Below, one piece after another: positions 32,350-45,635 of a stretch of DNA of 64,000 nucleotides. The stretch is from Longimicrobiales bacterium. Its GTDB lineage: Bacteria; Gemmatimonadota; Gemmatimonadetes; Longimicrobiales; Gaopeijiaceae. The position numbers were made by a program, and so were the translations under genes. The stretch's first letter is position 1; each line of letters opens with the position of its first letter. The notes under the pieces were generated by a model. The model was not told where the DNA came from, searched no databases, and saw only the letters and a list, made by a program, of their open reading frames with translations. The stretch is taken from NCBI GenBank assembly GCA_965238005.1, contig OZ250165.1, forward strand, positions 192,001 through 256,000, read 5' to 3'.

Positions 32350-34557
32350 CTACTGGAGGTCGGACTCCTGGAAGGTCTCCCGCCGGTTCACCTCCAGCAC
32401 GCCCTTCACGCGGCGGATCGACTTCATGACCCGGTTCAGGTGGGCCAGGTCCTGGACCTCCACGGAGAACTGGCCGATCATGCCCCTGTCGACACCTCTC
32501 ATGTCGGCCTGGGCGATGTCGGTGCCGGTGTCGGTGATGGCCTTGGCCACGTCCGACAGGAGGCCTCGCCGATCGGTCCCCTCCATGTACAGCTTCACGA
32601 AGAAACGGTCTCCTTTTTTGTCCGCCGTCCACTCGATCTCCACGCGCCGGTCCTCGGAGCGGTTCAGGATGTTGGGGCAGTCCACACGGTGGATGGAGAC
32701 GCCCCGCCCTCTGGTGATGTAGCCTATCACCTTGTCCCCGGGGACCGGCTGACAACACTGGGAGTAGCGGATCATCAGGTTGTCCATCCCCTGGATCCGC
32801 ACACCCCGGCTGGAGCGGCGAATGCGGTCGGCGATGCGCTCGAGGGCGCTCGGTGAGCGGTTGACGACCTCGTGGGGATCCTCGTCCGGGTAGAGGGCTC
32901 GGATGACGGCCGTGGGCCCCACGTCCCCACATCCCAGGGCCGAAAGCACCTGATCGAACTCGGTGTAGCCGAGGCTCTCGGCGGCCTCCTGCCTCTGCGC
33001 GTCGGTGGGCTTCTCCCGCCGGGCCTTCCTCACCTCCCGCTCGAAGAAGTCCTTTCCGAGCTTGAGGGCCGACTCGTGCTCTTCCTTCCGGATCCACTGC
33101 CGGATGCGTCCCCGGGCTCGGGACGTCTTTACGAACGCGAGCCAATCCCGGCTCGGACGCTTCCGGGAGTCGGTGATGATCTCCACCGTGTCGCCGCTCT
33201 TGAGCTCCCTGGAAAGGGGAGCGATCCGTCCGTTCACCCTCGCACCGGCACAGTGTTGCCCGACCTCGGTGTGGACGGAGTAGGCGAAGTCGATGGGCGT
33301 GGCGCCCAGCGGCAGCGGCTTCACGTCACCCCTGGGGGTGAAGATGAAGATCTCGCCCTGGAACAGGTCCATGCGGAGGAATTCCATGAATTCCTCGGGC
33401 TCATCGGTGTCCTTCTGCCACTCCAGAACCTGACGGAACCAGATCAGGGCCTCGTCGACCTCGTCGGGCTCCTGCTCCGGCTCCGGCTCGGTGAGCCCTT
33501 CTTTGTAGCGCCAGTGCGCCGCGATGCCGTACTCGGCGGTGCGGTGCATCTCCTCGCTGCGGATTTGGATCTCGTACCTGCGCCCCCCGGGTCCGATGAC
33601 CGTCGTATGGAGCGAGCGGTACATGTTGGACTTGGGCGTGGCGATGAAGTCGTGGAAGCGGTCTTGGACGGGGGTCCAGCGGTTGTGGATGACGCCGAGG
33701 GCCGCATAGCAGTTCTGGACACTATCGGTGAGCACCCGCATGGCCATGAGGTCGTAGATGTCCGCGTAGGGCACGCCGCGATGGACCATCTTGAGGTAGA
33801 TGGACCACAGGTGCTTGGGACGGCCGGTCACCTCGGCCGGCACGCCGGCTTCCGCCAGGGCCTCATCGAGGGGGCGCTTCATGTCCAGGATCTGTCGCTC
33901 TCGCTCCTTGCGCCGCTGGCGGACCTTCTTGCCCAGCTTCTCGTGGGCGTCGGGCTCCAGATACTTGAAGGCCAGGTCCTCTAGCTCCCACCGGACGGCG
34001 GCCATCCCCAGACGATGCGCCAGCGGGGCGTAGATCTCCCGTGTCTCGAGGGCGATCCGGCGCTGTTTCCCCGGCTTGAGGGCATCCAGGGTGCGCATGT
34101 TGTGCAGGCGGTCTGCCAGCTTGACCAGGATCACCCGAGCGTCCCGAGCCATGGAGAGGAGGAGCTTGCGGTAGGTCTCGACCTGCTGTTCGGTGTGGGA
34201 GCGGAACTCCACGCGACCGATCTTCGTGACCCCGTCCACGATGGTGGAAACGCTCTCGCCGAAGCGCTTGTCGATGTCGGCCAGGGAGACGGTCGTGTCC
34301 TCGACGACGTCGTGGACCAAGCCCGACACCAGGGAATCGGTGTCGAGGCCCAGCAGAGCCAGGATGGTAGCTACCTCTACGGCATGGCTGACGAACTCGT
34401 CGCCCGACGCCCGGCGCTGGCCCGCGTGGGCCTCTTTGGCGAGCTCATAGGCGTCGCGCACCACGTCGACGTCCAGTCGATCGGCGTACGACTCCATGGC
34501 CCTGGCGAGCGGCCGGGGCAAGCCTCGAATCGTGCGGGTAGCTGTCGCGGTGGGCAT
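32350..34557 (-). CDS. relA: Bifunctional (p)ppGpp synthetase/hydrolase
   Basis: [29 protein letters not shown] and ACT domains. Confidence 0.96.
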   Translation of the reverse strand: MPTATATRTIRGLPRPLARAMESYADRLDVDVVRDAYELAKEAHAGQRRASGDEFVSHAVEVATILALLGLDTDSLVSGLVHDVVEDTTVSLADIDKRFGESVSTIVDGVTKIGRVEFRSHTEQQVETYRKLLLSMARDARVILVKLADRLHNMRTLDALKPGKQRRIALETREIYAPLAHRLGMAAVRWELEDLAFKYLEPDAHEKLGKKVRQRRKERERQILDMKRPLDEALAEAGVPAEVTGRPKHLWSIYLKMVHRGVPYADIYDLMAMRVLTDSVQNCYAALGVIHNRWTPVQDRFHDFIATPKSNMYRSLHTTVIGPGGRRYEIQIRSEEMHRTAEYGIAAHWRYKEGLTEPEPEQEPDEVDEALIWFRQVLEWQKDTDEPEEFMEFLRMDLFQGEIFIFTPRGDVKPLPLGATPIDFAYSVHTEVGQHCAGARVNGRIAPLSRELKSGDTVEIITDSRKRPSRDWLAFVKTSRARGRIRQWIRKEEHESALKLGKDFFEREVRKARREKPTDAQRQEAAESLGYTEFDQVLSALGCGDVGPTAVIRALYPDEDPHEVVNRSPSALERIADRIRRSSRGVRIQGMDNLMIRYSQCCQPVPGDKVIGYITRGRGVSIHRVDCPNILNRSEDRRVEIEWTADKKGDRFFVKLYMEGTDRRGLLSDVAKAITDTGTDIAQADMRGVDRGMIGQFSVEVQDLAHLNRVMKSIRRVKGVLEVNRRETFQESDLQ

Positions 34558-34725
34558 CCCTCAGCTACCCCCACTTTCACACATCTGTTTCCCGATCTCT
34601 GGCCACCTCGGAAGCGGAATAGAATTGCAGGGCGGCGTGCGGCAGGTGCAGTTTGGAATAAACCGGTCACGTAGCCTATTGTAGCCCTCCTGGACGGCCC
34701 TCCCCCAGGGGAACTGAAGAACCGC

Positions 34726-35216
34726 GTGAAACCTATGCGTCTACTCGCTTTCCTGGCCATCGGCGTCACTTCGTTGGTGCTCTCGTGCACCGGCGGCGAC
34801 TCCCCCACGGGGGACCGTCCGCCGGCTATGGCCCTCGTCGGGCTCAATGCCATTTTTCCGGTGCAGGCGGGAGAGGCGCAAGCCGGCGATATCAGCCGAA
34901 TCCGGATGAGACGAACGACGGGCCCACTGAGGCATCGGACGTGGTGCTCTTCGACCGACTCCCCGACGGCCTCCACCTCGTCTCGGCCGACCAGTCTCAC
35001 GGAAGCTACGACCCGGCCGCCGGACGTTGGGATGTCGGGTCCCTGGTGGTCGGCGAGCAAGCTACGCTGACCCTCGTGGCGATGGTCACCTTAGACGAGC
35101 CGGATCCTGACCTGAGCAACAACGTCAGCGAGGCTTCTCTGTTCGTGCCCTCGCCTGTCGCGCCGGGGCCGGCCGATGGGCCACCAGAGCCCTCAACGCA
35201 CTCTCCACCCAGGTAG
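34726..35216 (+). pseudogene. Collapsed lipoprotein relic: signal/lipobox N-terminus joined out of frame to a DUF11-like domain
   Basis: Frame 1 MKPMRLLAF..LVLSC; after ~34915 another frame gives NDGPTEASDVVLFDRLPDGLHLVSA..GSYD..GRWDVGSL...DPDLSNN. Confidence 0.65.
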
Positions 35217-35885
35217 TCACGACAAGCCCCCGTCCTCGGCAATGGACACGAAGCGGCCATCGCCCACCACCACGTGGTCGACGACCGGAATGCCCACCGC
35301 CACACCGGCACGCGCAAGCTGGCTGGTCACTGCCCGGTCCTCCGCCGAGGGGGTCGGATCGCCTGACGGGTGGTTGTGGACGAGGATGATGCCGGCCGCG
35401 CTCCGGACGATCGCGGGCCTGAACACCTCCCGGGGGTGGATGAGGGAGGCGTCCAAGATGCCACGCGTGATGAGAACCTCCCCGATCACGCGGTGCTGAG
35501 ACGACAGCAGGAGCGCGTGGAACTCCTCCTGCTGCAGGTCGCGCAGGCGCGGCTCCATGCGGTCGAATACGTCCTTGGCGCCACGGATGCGCTCTCCCGG
35601 GTAGCGCTCCTCAGCGCTCGCCCTGCGCCCCAGCTCCAGGGCGGCCGAGATCCGGGCGGAGGTGGCCTCCCCTACCCCGCGGATGGCCGTGATCCCCAGC
35701 GGCGTAAGGGATCCCATTGCCCGGAGGGACCCGTTCACACCGGCGAGCACCGCCTCCGCGATCTCCAGCGCCGAGGCCTCGCGGCCCCCACTCCCAATCA
35801 GGATCGCCAGCAGCTCGCGGCTCGAGAGGGCCCCGGGACCCAGCGTGATGAGGCGCTCACGTGGGCGCTCCTCGGGGGGAGACAG
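35217..35885 (-). CDS. radC: RadC/JAB-domain protein (canonical start codon missing)
   Basis: EERPRERL..LSSRELLAILIGSG N-terminus is in frame upstream of the ORF-track start; HPREVF, HNHPSGDPTPSAED; only CTG at 35885 is available as a start. Confidence 0.85.
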   Translation of the reverse strand: MSPPEERPRERLITLGPGALSSRELLAILIGSGGREASALEIAEAVLAGVNGSLRAMGSLTPLGITAIRGVGEATSARISAALELGRRASAEERYPGERIRGAKDVFDRMEPRLRDLQQEEFHALLLSSQHRVIGEVLITRGILDASLIHPREVFRPAIVRSAAGIILVHNHPSGDPTPSAEDRAVTSQLARAGVAVGIPVVDHVVVGDGRFVSIAEDGGLS

Positions 35886-35889
35886 TGAA

Positions 35890-36141
35890 CTAGGCTGCCT
35901 TACCGTTCTCCGAATCCGGTACCATGGGAACGGCTTGTGCGCCTTCGTCGCTGAGAGCCTCCAAGATGGCGTCCGTATCGAGCATCTCTTCGAGCTCCTC
36001 CAGGGGAGACCGCATCTCCCAAGGTCTCAGCATGTACTCTCTTCCCGCTCGCTGACGGATCTTGACGTATCCCGTGATCCAGGCCTCATCCATCAGGGCT
36101 TCGAGATCGGCCATTGCCTCCGCGGAGTTGTAGACCTTCAT
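35890..36141 (-). CDS. Orphan Phd/YefM-like antitoxin
   Basis: GGAGGT RBS; MKVYNSAEAMADLEALMDEA..VKIRQRAGREYMLRP resembles a prevent-host-death N-terminus. Confidence 0.6.
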   Translation of the reverse strand: MKVYNSAEAMADLEALMDEAWITGYVKIRQRAGREYMLRPWEMRSPLEELEEMLDTDAILEALSDEGAQAVPMVPDSENGKAA

Positions 36142-36492
36142 TGGCACCTCCGGTGATCGTTCCTCCAAGTGTCGGTCGGACCAGGTAAGAAGCCATGCCC
36201 GGGTGGGCGGTTGAATGGCTGGATGGGAACCCAACGCCCGCAGAGGGGACCACCCAACTCGATACACGCCGCGAATCGCCCTACACTCCTCCTCGAGGTG
36301 CTGACCGACCGTCACTCAAGAGAGATCAAGGAGCTGGTACGAGGCTTGGCGTACCGTTCCTATCAGGTTGATTGAGGAGGTCGGCCCGGCGCCAGTGACG
36401 GAGGGGGCCAGTCCCTGTGTTGGCCGAAATGTGCTTCTGTTTAGTCCACACGTAGCGGAAGGACTGGGCCTCGCGACTCGATGGGGGCGCCG

Positions 36493-39834
<3,342 letters not shown>

Positions 39835-39877
39835 TGGGCTCTATCCTTCTCAGGCATCCGGCGACGGACTCCAGGTC

Positions 39878-40096
39878 TCATTCGGGCCGGGCCACCACTA
39901 CACCGAAGCGAATAAAGTTGTACCAAAAGCGTTCGTGCAGGTAGTAGAGGGCCAACTTCGTGAACACCTCGATGACACCCACCTGCACGCCTACCTGCCA
40001 GTTACCCGTCACCCACCACGCGATGACGACGGTGTCAAAAGTCGCCACGCATCTCCATGTGATCGCCTTCACGACGTGCCGTCTGCGTGAGATCAT
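39878..40096 (-). CDS. DUF2061 small membrane protein
   Basis: KAITWR..T.DT and LYYLHERFW motifs. Confidence 0.85.
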   Translation of the reverse strand: MISRRRHVVKAITWRCVATFDTVVIAWWVTGNWQVGVQVGVIEVFTKLALYYLHERFWYNFIRFGVVVARPE

Positions 40097-40166
40097 ACTC
40101 GCTCCACCTAGGAATGTGTTGTTCGTCCGCCGCGGCCCCATCGCTCGCACGGCCGACTCAGGGCCC

Positions 40167-40772
40167 TCAATCCCGGTAGAGCCCCTCTCGCTCGATGACC
40201 TCGGCCACTCCCTCGGGGACGAGGTGACGGAACGGCTCACCTTCCCGGATGCGCCGCCGGATCTCGGACGACGAAACGTCGACCCTCGATACGTGGGCCG
40301 ACGTCCACTCCACGTCCACGCCCGGGTCCACGTCCCGGGGGTTCTCGCCCTCCGGCTCCAGAACCCACAGCCGGGCCAGACGGGCCACCTCCTCCGGCTC
40401 TCTCCACGTGGAGAGCTCGGCGAACTGATCGGCGCCCAGGATCAGCACGGGATCGACGTCGGGATACTCAGACCGCAGGGCACGAAGCGTGTCCACCGTG
40501 TAGGAGGGCCCCTCGCGCGCGAGCTCCAGATCGCTCACCACCTGTCCCTCGACTCCGTCCGTGGCGGCCCTCACCATCTCCAGGCGGAGACCCGCGGGAG
40601 CGATGCGGCGATGGGGCTTGTGGGGGGGAATCCGGGCGGGCATCCAGACGACCTCGTCCAGGTCCTCCGTCTCCACGAGCTGCCGTGCCACGGCGAGGTG
40701 GCCGATGTGGGGGGGGTCGAACGTGCCCCCGAAGACCCCGAGAGGCCGGGGGCGTTCTCCCTTAGGCTCCAT
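40167..40772 (-). CDS. nadD: Nicotinate-nucleotide adenylyltransferase
   Basis: GGTFDPPHIGH, PPHK, SYTVDTL, VSSSEIR. Confidence 0.96.
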   Translation of the reverse strand: MEPKGERPRPLGVFGGTFDPPHIGHLAVARQLVETEDLDEVVWMPARIPPHKPHRRIAPAGLRLEMVRAATDGVEGQVVSDLELAREGPSYTVDTLRALRSEYPDVDPVLILGADQFAELSTWREPEEVARLARLWVLEPEGENPRDVDPGVDVEWTSAHVSRVDVSSSEIRRRIREGEPFRHLVPEGVAEVIEREGLYRD

Positions 40773-41496
40773 TCCCGAGTAGCTTGGCGGGCTCGGAGTC
40801 CGGATACAGCTCGAGCAGCTTTTCGCGAGCCTCCTCGACGTCCTGTCTGTAGCCGATCTTCTCGAAGGCCTCGATCTTCTTCAACAACGCCCAGGGCGCC
40901 CAGCTCGACTCGGGATAGCTTGCCTCGACCTCCTCGAAGTAGAGGATGGCCGAGTCCACAAGATTCCTCTTCAGATAGTGGAGCCCCGTGGTGTAGTCCT
41001 GCTCGGCGAGCTTGTCGTGCATCTCCACGGCGACCTCCGAGGCTCGGAGGCCGATGAGCGTTCCGGCGTAGTCGGACGCCGTCTGTCGGCAGTTCGTCCG
41101 GGCCTGCCGGGTGAACGACTGGTCGCGATGGGGCGTGGGCGACAGCCCGGCCAACGAGCGGCAGATTCCCAAGGCCGCGTGGGGCGCCGTGGTGTCGGCC
41201 GGGAAGAGGTAGAGCGCCCGCTGATACTCCGCCCGGGACTCGATGTAGTGCTCCCTCTCGTACTCCGACCGGGCGAGCTGCAGTCGTGCCTCGGCGGCGA
41301 ATTCGAAGCTGGATGTCATGAGCACGTTCTCGAACGCCTCGGCAGCCGCGCCCCACCGCTCCTCCTGCATGGCCTGGACCCCGATGTTGTAGACCTCCAT
41401 GGTGGTCAGGCCGGGGAACGGCAGGCCCCCGCTACAGGCCATGAAGGCAAGGCCTGAAATCAGGAATGTGAGGGGTGCTCGGAGGTCGATTTTCAT
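40762..41496 (-). CDS. bamD: Outer-membrane assembly lipoprotein BamD
   Basis: Lipobox FMAC, TPRs, RDQSFTRQA, KLAEQDY..GLHY. Confidence 0.85.
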   Translation of the reverse strand: MKIDLRAPLTFLISGLAFMACSGGLPFPGLTTMEVYNIGVQAMQEERWGAAAEAFENVLMTSSFEFAAEARLQLARSEYEREHYIESRAEYQRALYLFPADTTAPHAALGICRSLAGLSPTPHRDQSFTRQARTNCRQTASDYAGTLIGLRASEVAVEMHDKLAEQDYTTGLHYLKRNLVDSAILYFEEVEASYPESSWAPWALLKKIEAFEKIGYRQDVEEAREKLLELYPDSEPAKLLGNGA

Positions 41497-41585
41497 ACCC
41501 GGGAAATACACCGGCGCCAGCGTCAGGTTCGTATAGGCAGCCCTAGCGCTCGCCGGATTTCCGGCGCTTGGCAATGGGAGGAAAA

Positions 41586-42356
41586 CTAGGAATCCAGCGC
41601 CGTCAGGTAGGCCCGCACGCGCCGGTCCTCGGGATCGGCTTCGGCGCAGCGCTCCCACTCTCTACGGGCCCCTTCGAGGTCGTCCAGTCGGTGCAGCAGT
41701 GCGCCGAGCCTGACCCGGGCGTCGTGGAATCTCGGGTGCATCTCCAAGATGGCCTCGAGATGATCCCGGGCGTCGTCGAGGCGGTCGAGATTCATGTAGG
41801 CCTCGGCGAGCTTGAAGCGCAGGTCGGCGAAGCGGGGACGGACCGACACCGCCGCCGCGTACTGCTGAGCGGCCTCTTCCGGACGGCTGGCCACCAGGTA
41901 GAGGTCCCCGCTCCGGGCAAGGGAGTCGGCGAGTTGATTGCCCAGGTCCGACGGGAAGACCATCGAGTCACGTGTGTCTAGGGTGTTGGCGCGCTGGAAG
42001 GCCTCCGACGCCTCTTCGAAGCGTCCCATGTCGTTGAGGACGATGGCCCGGTTCAGATGGGCCTCGGCGTACCTGTCATTGAGCAAGGCCTCGTCGAACT
42101 CGTCGAGGGCGCTCTCCATGTCGCCCATCATGGCCAAGCACAGCCCGGCCTTGTTGCGCACGTCGGCGAAGCCGGGCTCCTCTTCGATGATTCCCCTGAA
42201 GTGCTCGAAAGCGCTCTGGAAGTCGTCACTCTCCCACGCCGCCACGCCCTGGGCCATGATCTGGCGCAGGGACGACTGCGCGGATTCGGAGCCGGGACCC
42301 ATCTCGGGCCGATGATACTCCGGGGTTTTGGTCTTCTTTTTCGGGCTCACGGTCAT
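41586..42356 (-). CDS. Tetratricopeptide-repeat protein
   Basis: Multiple TPRs (PGFADVRNKAGL, YAEAHLNRA, PRFADLRFKLA). Confidence 0.85.
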   Translation of the reverse strand: MTVSPKKKTKTPEYHRPEMGPGSESAQSSLRQIMAQGVAAWESDDFQSAFEHFRGIIEEEPGFADVRNKAGLCLAMMGDMESALDEFDEALLNDRYAEAHLNRAIVLNDMGRFEEASEAFQRANTLDTRDSMVFPSDLGNQLADSLARSGDLYLVASRPEEAAQQYAAAVSVRPRFADLRFKLAEAYMNLDRLDDARDHLEAILEMHPRFHDARVRLGALLHRLDDLEGARREWERCAEADPEDRRVRAYLTALDS

Positions 42357-42439
42357 CAGGTTCGGGGCGAGTAGAGGCTTTAGCGTGGGCCTACTTCACA
42401 CTAGCCACAGAATCTGGCCGAACGCAAGGGGAAACAGGC

Positions 42440-43465
42440 TCAGCAGCCCACCCCGAGACGTCCGCCCGACGGTCCCACGAAGCGAAGCTCGTCATAGCGC
42501 CACTGGGCTCGCTCCACCAAGGGGCTCGAACCCGTCTGATCCACCCGGCGCACCTGGAGGAACGCCTCCATGGCGTCCGCGCAGCGTCCCAGGTCCGACA
42601 GGCTCTCTCCCATCTCGAAGTAGGCCACGGCCTGGAGGCTCCGTGGCTCGCCCAGGGCGACGGTGCGCTCGATGTGCAGGAGAGCCTCCTCGTCGTCGTT
42701 CGTCGCACGGAGCTCCTGTGCCAGTCGGAGCGAGCAGCTTCCGATCTTCCAGTCCACCTCGCCCCTCTGCCAGCGGCGGATCATGCGCCGGTACTGCTCG
42801 TAGTGGAGGAGCGCGCGGCGGCAACCGCCAACCTCGCCATAGGCCGAGGCCGCCTCGAAGAGCACGTCCGCTACGGTGTCCTCCTCCATCCCGGCGATGG
42901 TGGACTGATAGTAGGGCAAGGCCGTGGCGTACTCGCCCGCCCGGAAGTAGTGACGCGCCAGCGGGAGCTCCATGTCCTGAATGGTGATCCCGGGGCGGAA
43001 CGACATGGCGGTCTCCATGGCAGAGGCGAGGCCGAAGAGGTCGGCCCGATCCTGGGCCGCCCGGGCCAGCCGCACCATGTCCGAGACCGCCTGATCGGTG
43101 TACGCAGGGTCCTGCTCGACGGCCTGATGATAGAAGTCCCCGGCCTCGTCGATGCGGCCCATCTCGGCGTAGGTGTGGGCGACACGGGCCAGCGTGGGCG
43201 CGTCGTCCGAACCCAGCCGGACCGCCAAGCGGTACTCGGCCAGGGCCGCGTCCAGCTCTCCCCGTGCCGCGGCCTCGTCTCCCCTGAGGACCGAGGACTC
43301 CTCCTCGCTGAAGAAGCAGCCGGTGAGGAGGGTCAGGAGGACGAGGAGGGTGGTGGTGCCGCCGCGGCGGGCAACGGCCTCGCAGCGCGCCAGTGTGGCA
43401 CGAGCATCGGCGCCGGTAGGGATCCCACCTCGCGGCCGCTCCGTCTGGTCGGTTCGGATGATCAT
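42440..43465 (-). CDS. TPR lipoprotein
   Basis: LLTGC lipobox, TPRs. Confidence 0.8.
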   Translation of the reverse strand: MIIRTDQTERPRGGIPTGADARATLARCEAVARRGGTTTLLVLLTLLTGCFFSEEESSVLRGDEAAARGELDAALAEYRLAVRLGSDDAPTLARVAHTYAEMGRIDEAGDFYHQAVEQDPAYTDQAVSDMVRLARAAQDRADLFGLASAMETAMSFRPGITIQDMELPLARHYFRAGEYATALPYYQSTIAGMEEDTVADVLFEAASAYGEVGGCRRALLHYEQYRRMIRRWQRGEVDWKIGSCSLRLAQELRATNDDEEALLHIERTVALGEPRSLQAVAYFEMGESLSDLGRCADAMEAFLQVRRVDQTGSSPLVERAQWRYDELRFVGPSGGRLGVGC

Positions 43466-43585
43466 GCAGGAATGTACAGCAAAGATCGGACCGCGGTCCG
43501 AGAATGCCTGAGGCGCCTCAGTTCTCTCGTTGCTGTAGAAGAAGAAGTGATACGGCCCGTGGACACTGCCGACCGAAAAAGCGAT

Positions 43586-44536
43586 CTACCCCTCCTCCCT
43601 GAACCACTCCACGAACCGCCGCACGCCCTCCTGGAAGCCGGTGCGCGGAGCGTAGCTCAGGAGCGCCCGGGCCTTGGAGACGTCGGCGTAGGTCCTGAGG
43701 ACATCTCCGGGCTGCAGGGGCAGCTCGTTGATGGCGGGCGTCACTCCGAGAGCCCGGGACACAGTGTCGATCATCTCGCTGAGGGAGACCGTGCGACTCT
43801 CGCCCCGGTTGATGATCTCGTAGGCGTCCGGATGTGCCTCGAGGTACTCGAGCGCCGCCATCACACCTTCGAGGATGTCGTCCACGTACGTGTAGTCCCG
43901 CTCCGTGGTGCCGTCTCCGAACCTGGGAACCGGCTCCCCGGCAGTCATGAGGCGGGCGAACTTGTGGATGGCCAGGTCGGGGCGCTGGCGAGGCCCGTAC
44001 GCCGTGAAGAAGCGGAGGCAGAGCACACCCAAACCGTGAAGGTGATGGTAGGTATGGCAGAGGAGCTCCCCAGCCTTCTTGGTTGCGGCATAGGGTGAGA
44101 TGGGGCGGTCCACGGAGTCGTCCTCGGAGAACGGCACCTTCTCGTTGTTGCCGTAGACCGACGAGGACGAGCCGAAGACGAAGCGTCGGATGCCCCGCTT
44201 CCAGGCGAGCTCCAGGAGCGCCAGGGTGCCGCCCACGTTCACGTCCTGGTAGAGGACGGGCTCCTGGATGGAGGGGCGGACACCGGCCCGGGCGGCCAGG
44301 TGGATGATCGTGTCGACCTCGGGAAGCTTGTCCAGAGTCGCGGCGTCGCGGATGTCGCCCTCGACCCCGGTGAAGCGGGCGTGATCACGGCACCGGGCCA
44401 GGTTCCCCCTCTTGATAGCCGGATCGTAGAAGTCGTCGTAGGAGTCCAGGGAGACCACCTCGAAGGCTTCCTCCAGCAGGCGCTCGCAGAGGTGCGAGCC
44501 AATGAAACCGGCACCGCCGGTGACGAGGACGCTCAC
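43586..44536 (-). CDS. NAD-dependent epimerase (UDP-glucuronate 4-epimerase-like)
   Basis: HLAARAGVRPS, PISPYAATKK, RFFTAYGPRQRPDLA. Confidence 0.92.
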   Translation of the reverse strand: MSVLVTGGAGFIGSHLCERLLEEAFEVVSLDSYDDFYDPAIKRGNLARCRDHARFTGVEGDIRDAATLDKLPEVDTIIHLAARAGVRPSIQEPVLYQDVNVGGTLALLELAWKRGIRRFVFGSSSSVYGNNEKVPFSEDDSVDRPISPYAATKKAGELLCHTYHHLHGLGVLCLRFFTAYGPRQRPDLAIHKFARLMTAGEPVPRFGDGTTERDYTYVDDILEGVMAALEYLEAHPDAYEIINRGESRTVSLSEMIDTVSRALGVTPAINELPLQPGDVLRTYADVSKARALLSYAPRTGFQEGVRRFVEWFREEG

Positions 44537-45534
44537 AGACCCCCTCTCCCGGAGGATGGGGCCGGCCGATGGGCCGCCAGCCATTCCACGGTCCTCTGAA
44601 GGCCCTCGCTGAGTGACACGGTGACGTCATATCCGAGGCTCTCCCGGGCTTTGTCCAGAGAGGCGAGGGAATCGCGAACGTCCCCCTCCCTTGCCGGCCC
44701 GTGGATCGCGTCCACAGGTGCCTTTGTGGCCTCCTGGATGGCTTCCCAGAGGTGATTTATGGAGATCCGTTCGCCACACCCCACGTTGAACACCTCGCCC
44801 GCCACATCCTCGGGCGCCGCCGTGCACGCCAACAGGTTCGCCCGGACCGCGTTCTCCACGTAGGTGAAGTCCCGGGTCTGCTCACCGTCCCCGTCGATGG
44901 TGGGCGCCTCGCCGGCCATGGCCTTCGTGATGAAGAGGGGAATCACGGCCGAGTATTGCGACGTGGGGTCCTGCCTGGGACCGAAGATGTTGAAGTAGCG
45001 GAGCACCACCGTCTCGAAGCCGTAGACCAGGGCGAAGGCCTGGCAGTAGTGCTCTCCCGTGAGCTTGGCCACGGCGTAGGGAGAACGGGGTTGGGCGGCC
45101 ATGCTCTCTACCTTCGGGAGCGTCGGTGTGTCCCCGTACGCCGAGCTGGATCCCGCGTACACGAAGCGCTTCACCTCGGCGTCACGGGAGGCGATGAGCA
45201 TGTTGAGCGTGCCCGTGGCGCAGGTGGCGTGGCTGGCGCCGGGGTCGGCGACGCTACGAGGAACCGACGGAAGGGCGGCCTGGTGAAGCACGTAATCGAC
45301 ATCTTTGCACGCGGCCACGCACGTCCCGGGATCCGTGATGGACCCCTCCACCATGTGGATGTGGTCCCAGAGGCCGTCCAGGTTCTCCTGCCGCCCGGTG
45401 GAGAAGTCTTCGAGGACGCGGACCGTGGCACCGGCGTCCGCCAGAGCAGCCACCAGGTTCGAGCCGACGAAGCCGGCTCCCCCGGTGACGAGGTAGCTGG
45501 CGCTGGGTGGGACCAGACCGGAGTCCTGAGTCAC
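44533..45534 (-). CDS. SDR epimerase (WbpP-like UDP-GlcNAc 4-epimerase)
   Basis: HQAALPSVPRS, SPYAVAK, RYFNIFGPRQDP..YSAVIP. Confidence 0.9.
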   Translation of the reverse strand: MTQDSGLVPPSASYLVTGGAGFVGSNLVAALADAGATVRVLEDFSTGRQENLDGLWDHIHMVEGSITDPGTCVAACKDVDYVLHQAALPSVPRSVADPGASHATCATGTLNMLIASRDAEVKRFVYAGSSSAYGDTPTLPKVESMAAQPRSPYAVAKLTGEHYCQAFALVYGFETVVLRYFNIFGPRQDPTSQYSAVIPLFITKAMAGEAPTIDGDGEQTRDFTYVENAVRANLLACTAAPEDVAGEVFNVGCGERISINHLWEAIQEATKAPVDAIHGPAREGDVRDSLASLDKARESLGYDVTVSLSEGLQRTVEWLAAHRPAPSSGRGGL

Positions 45535-45635
45535 GGGGAGAGCCTCGAGGGTCCGGGGTCAGGAGTCATGGGGACCCCCTCCAGGGTTCGTGGTTTCTGA
45601 GTGATCACGGGATTTCGGCGCCGGGATTCACGCGC

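Noticed and set aside
33630..33670. RFHD instead of RxKD in the Rel synthetase domain
   Set aside because: A single-residue variant whose significance cannot be judged without an alignment.
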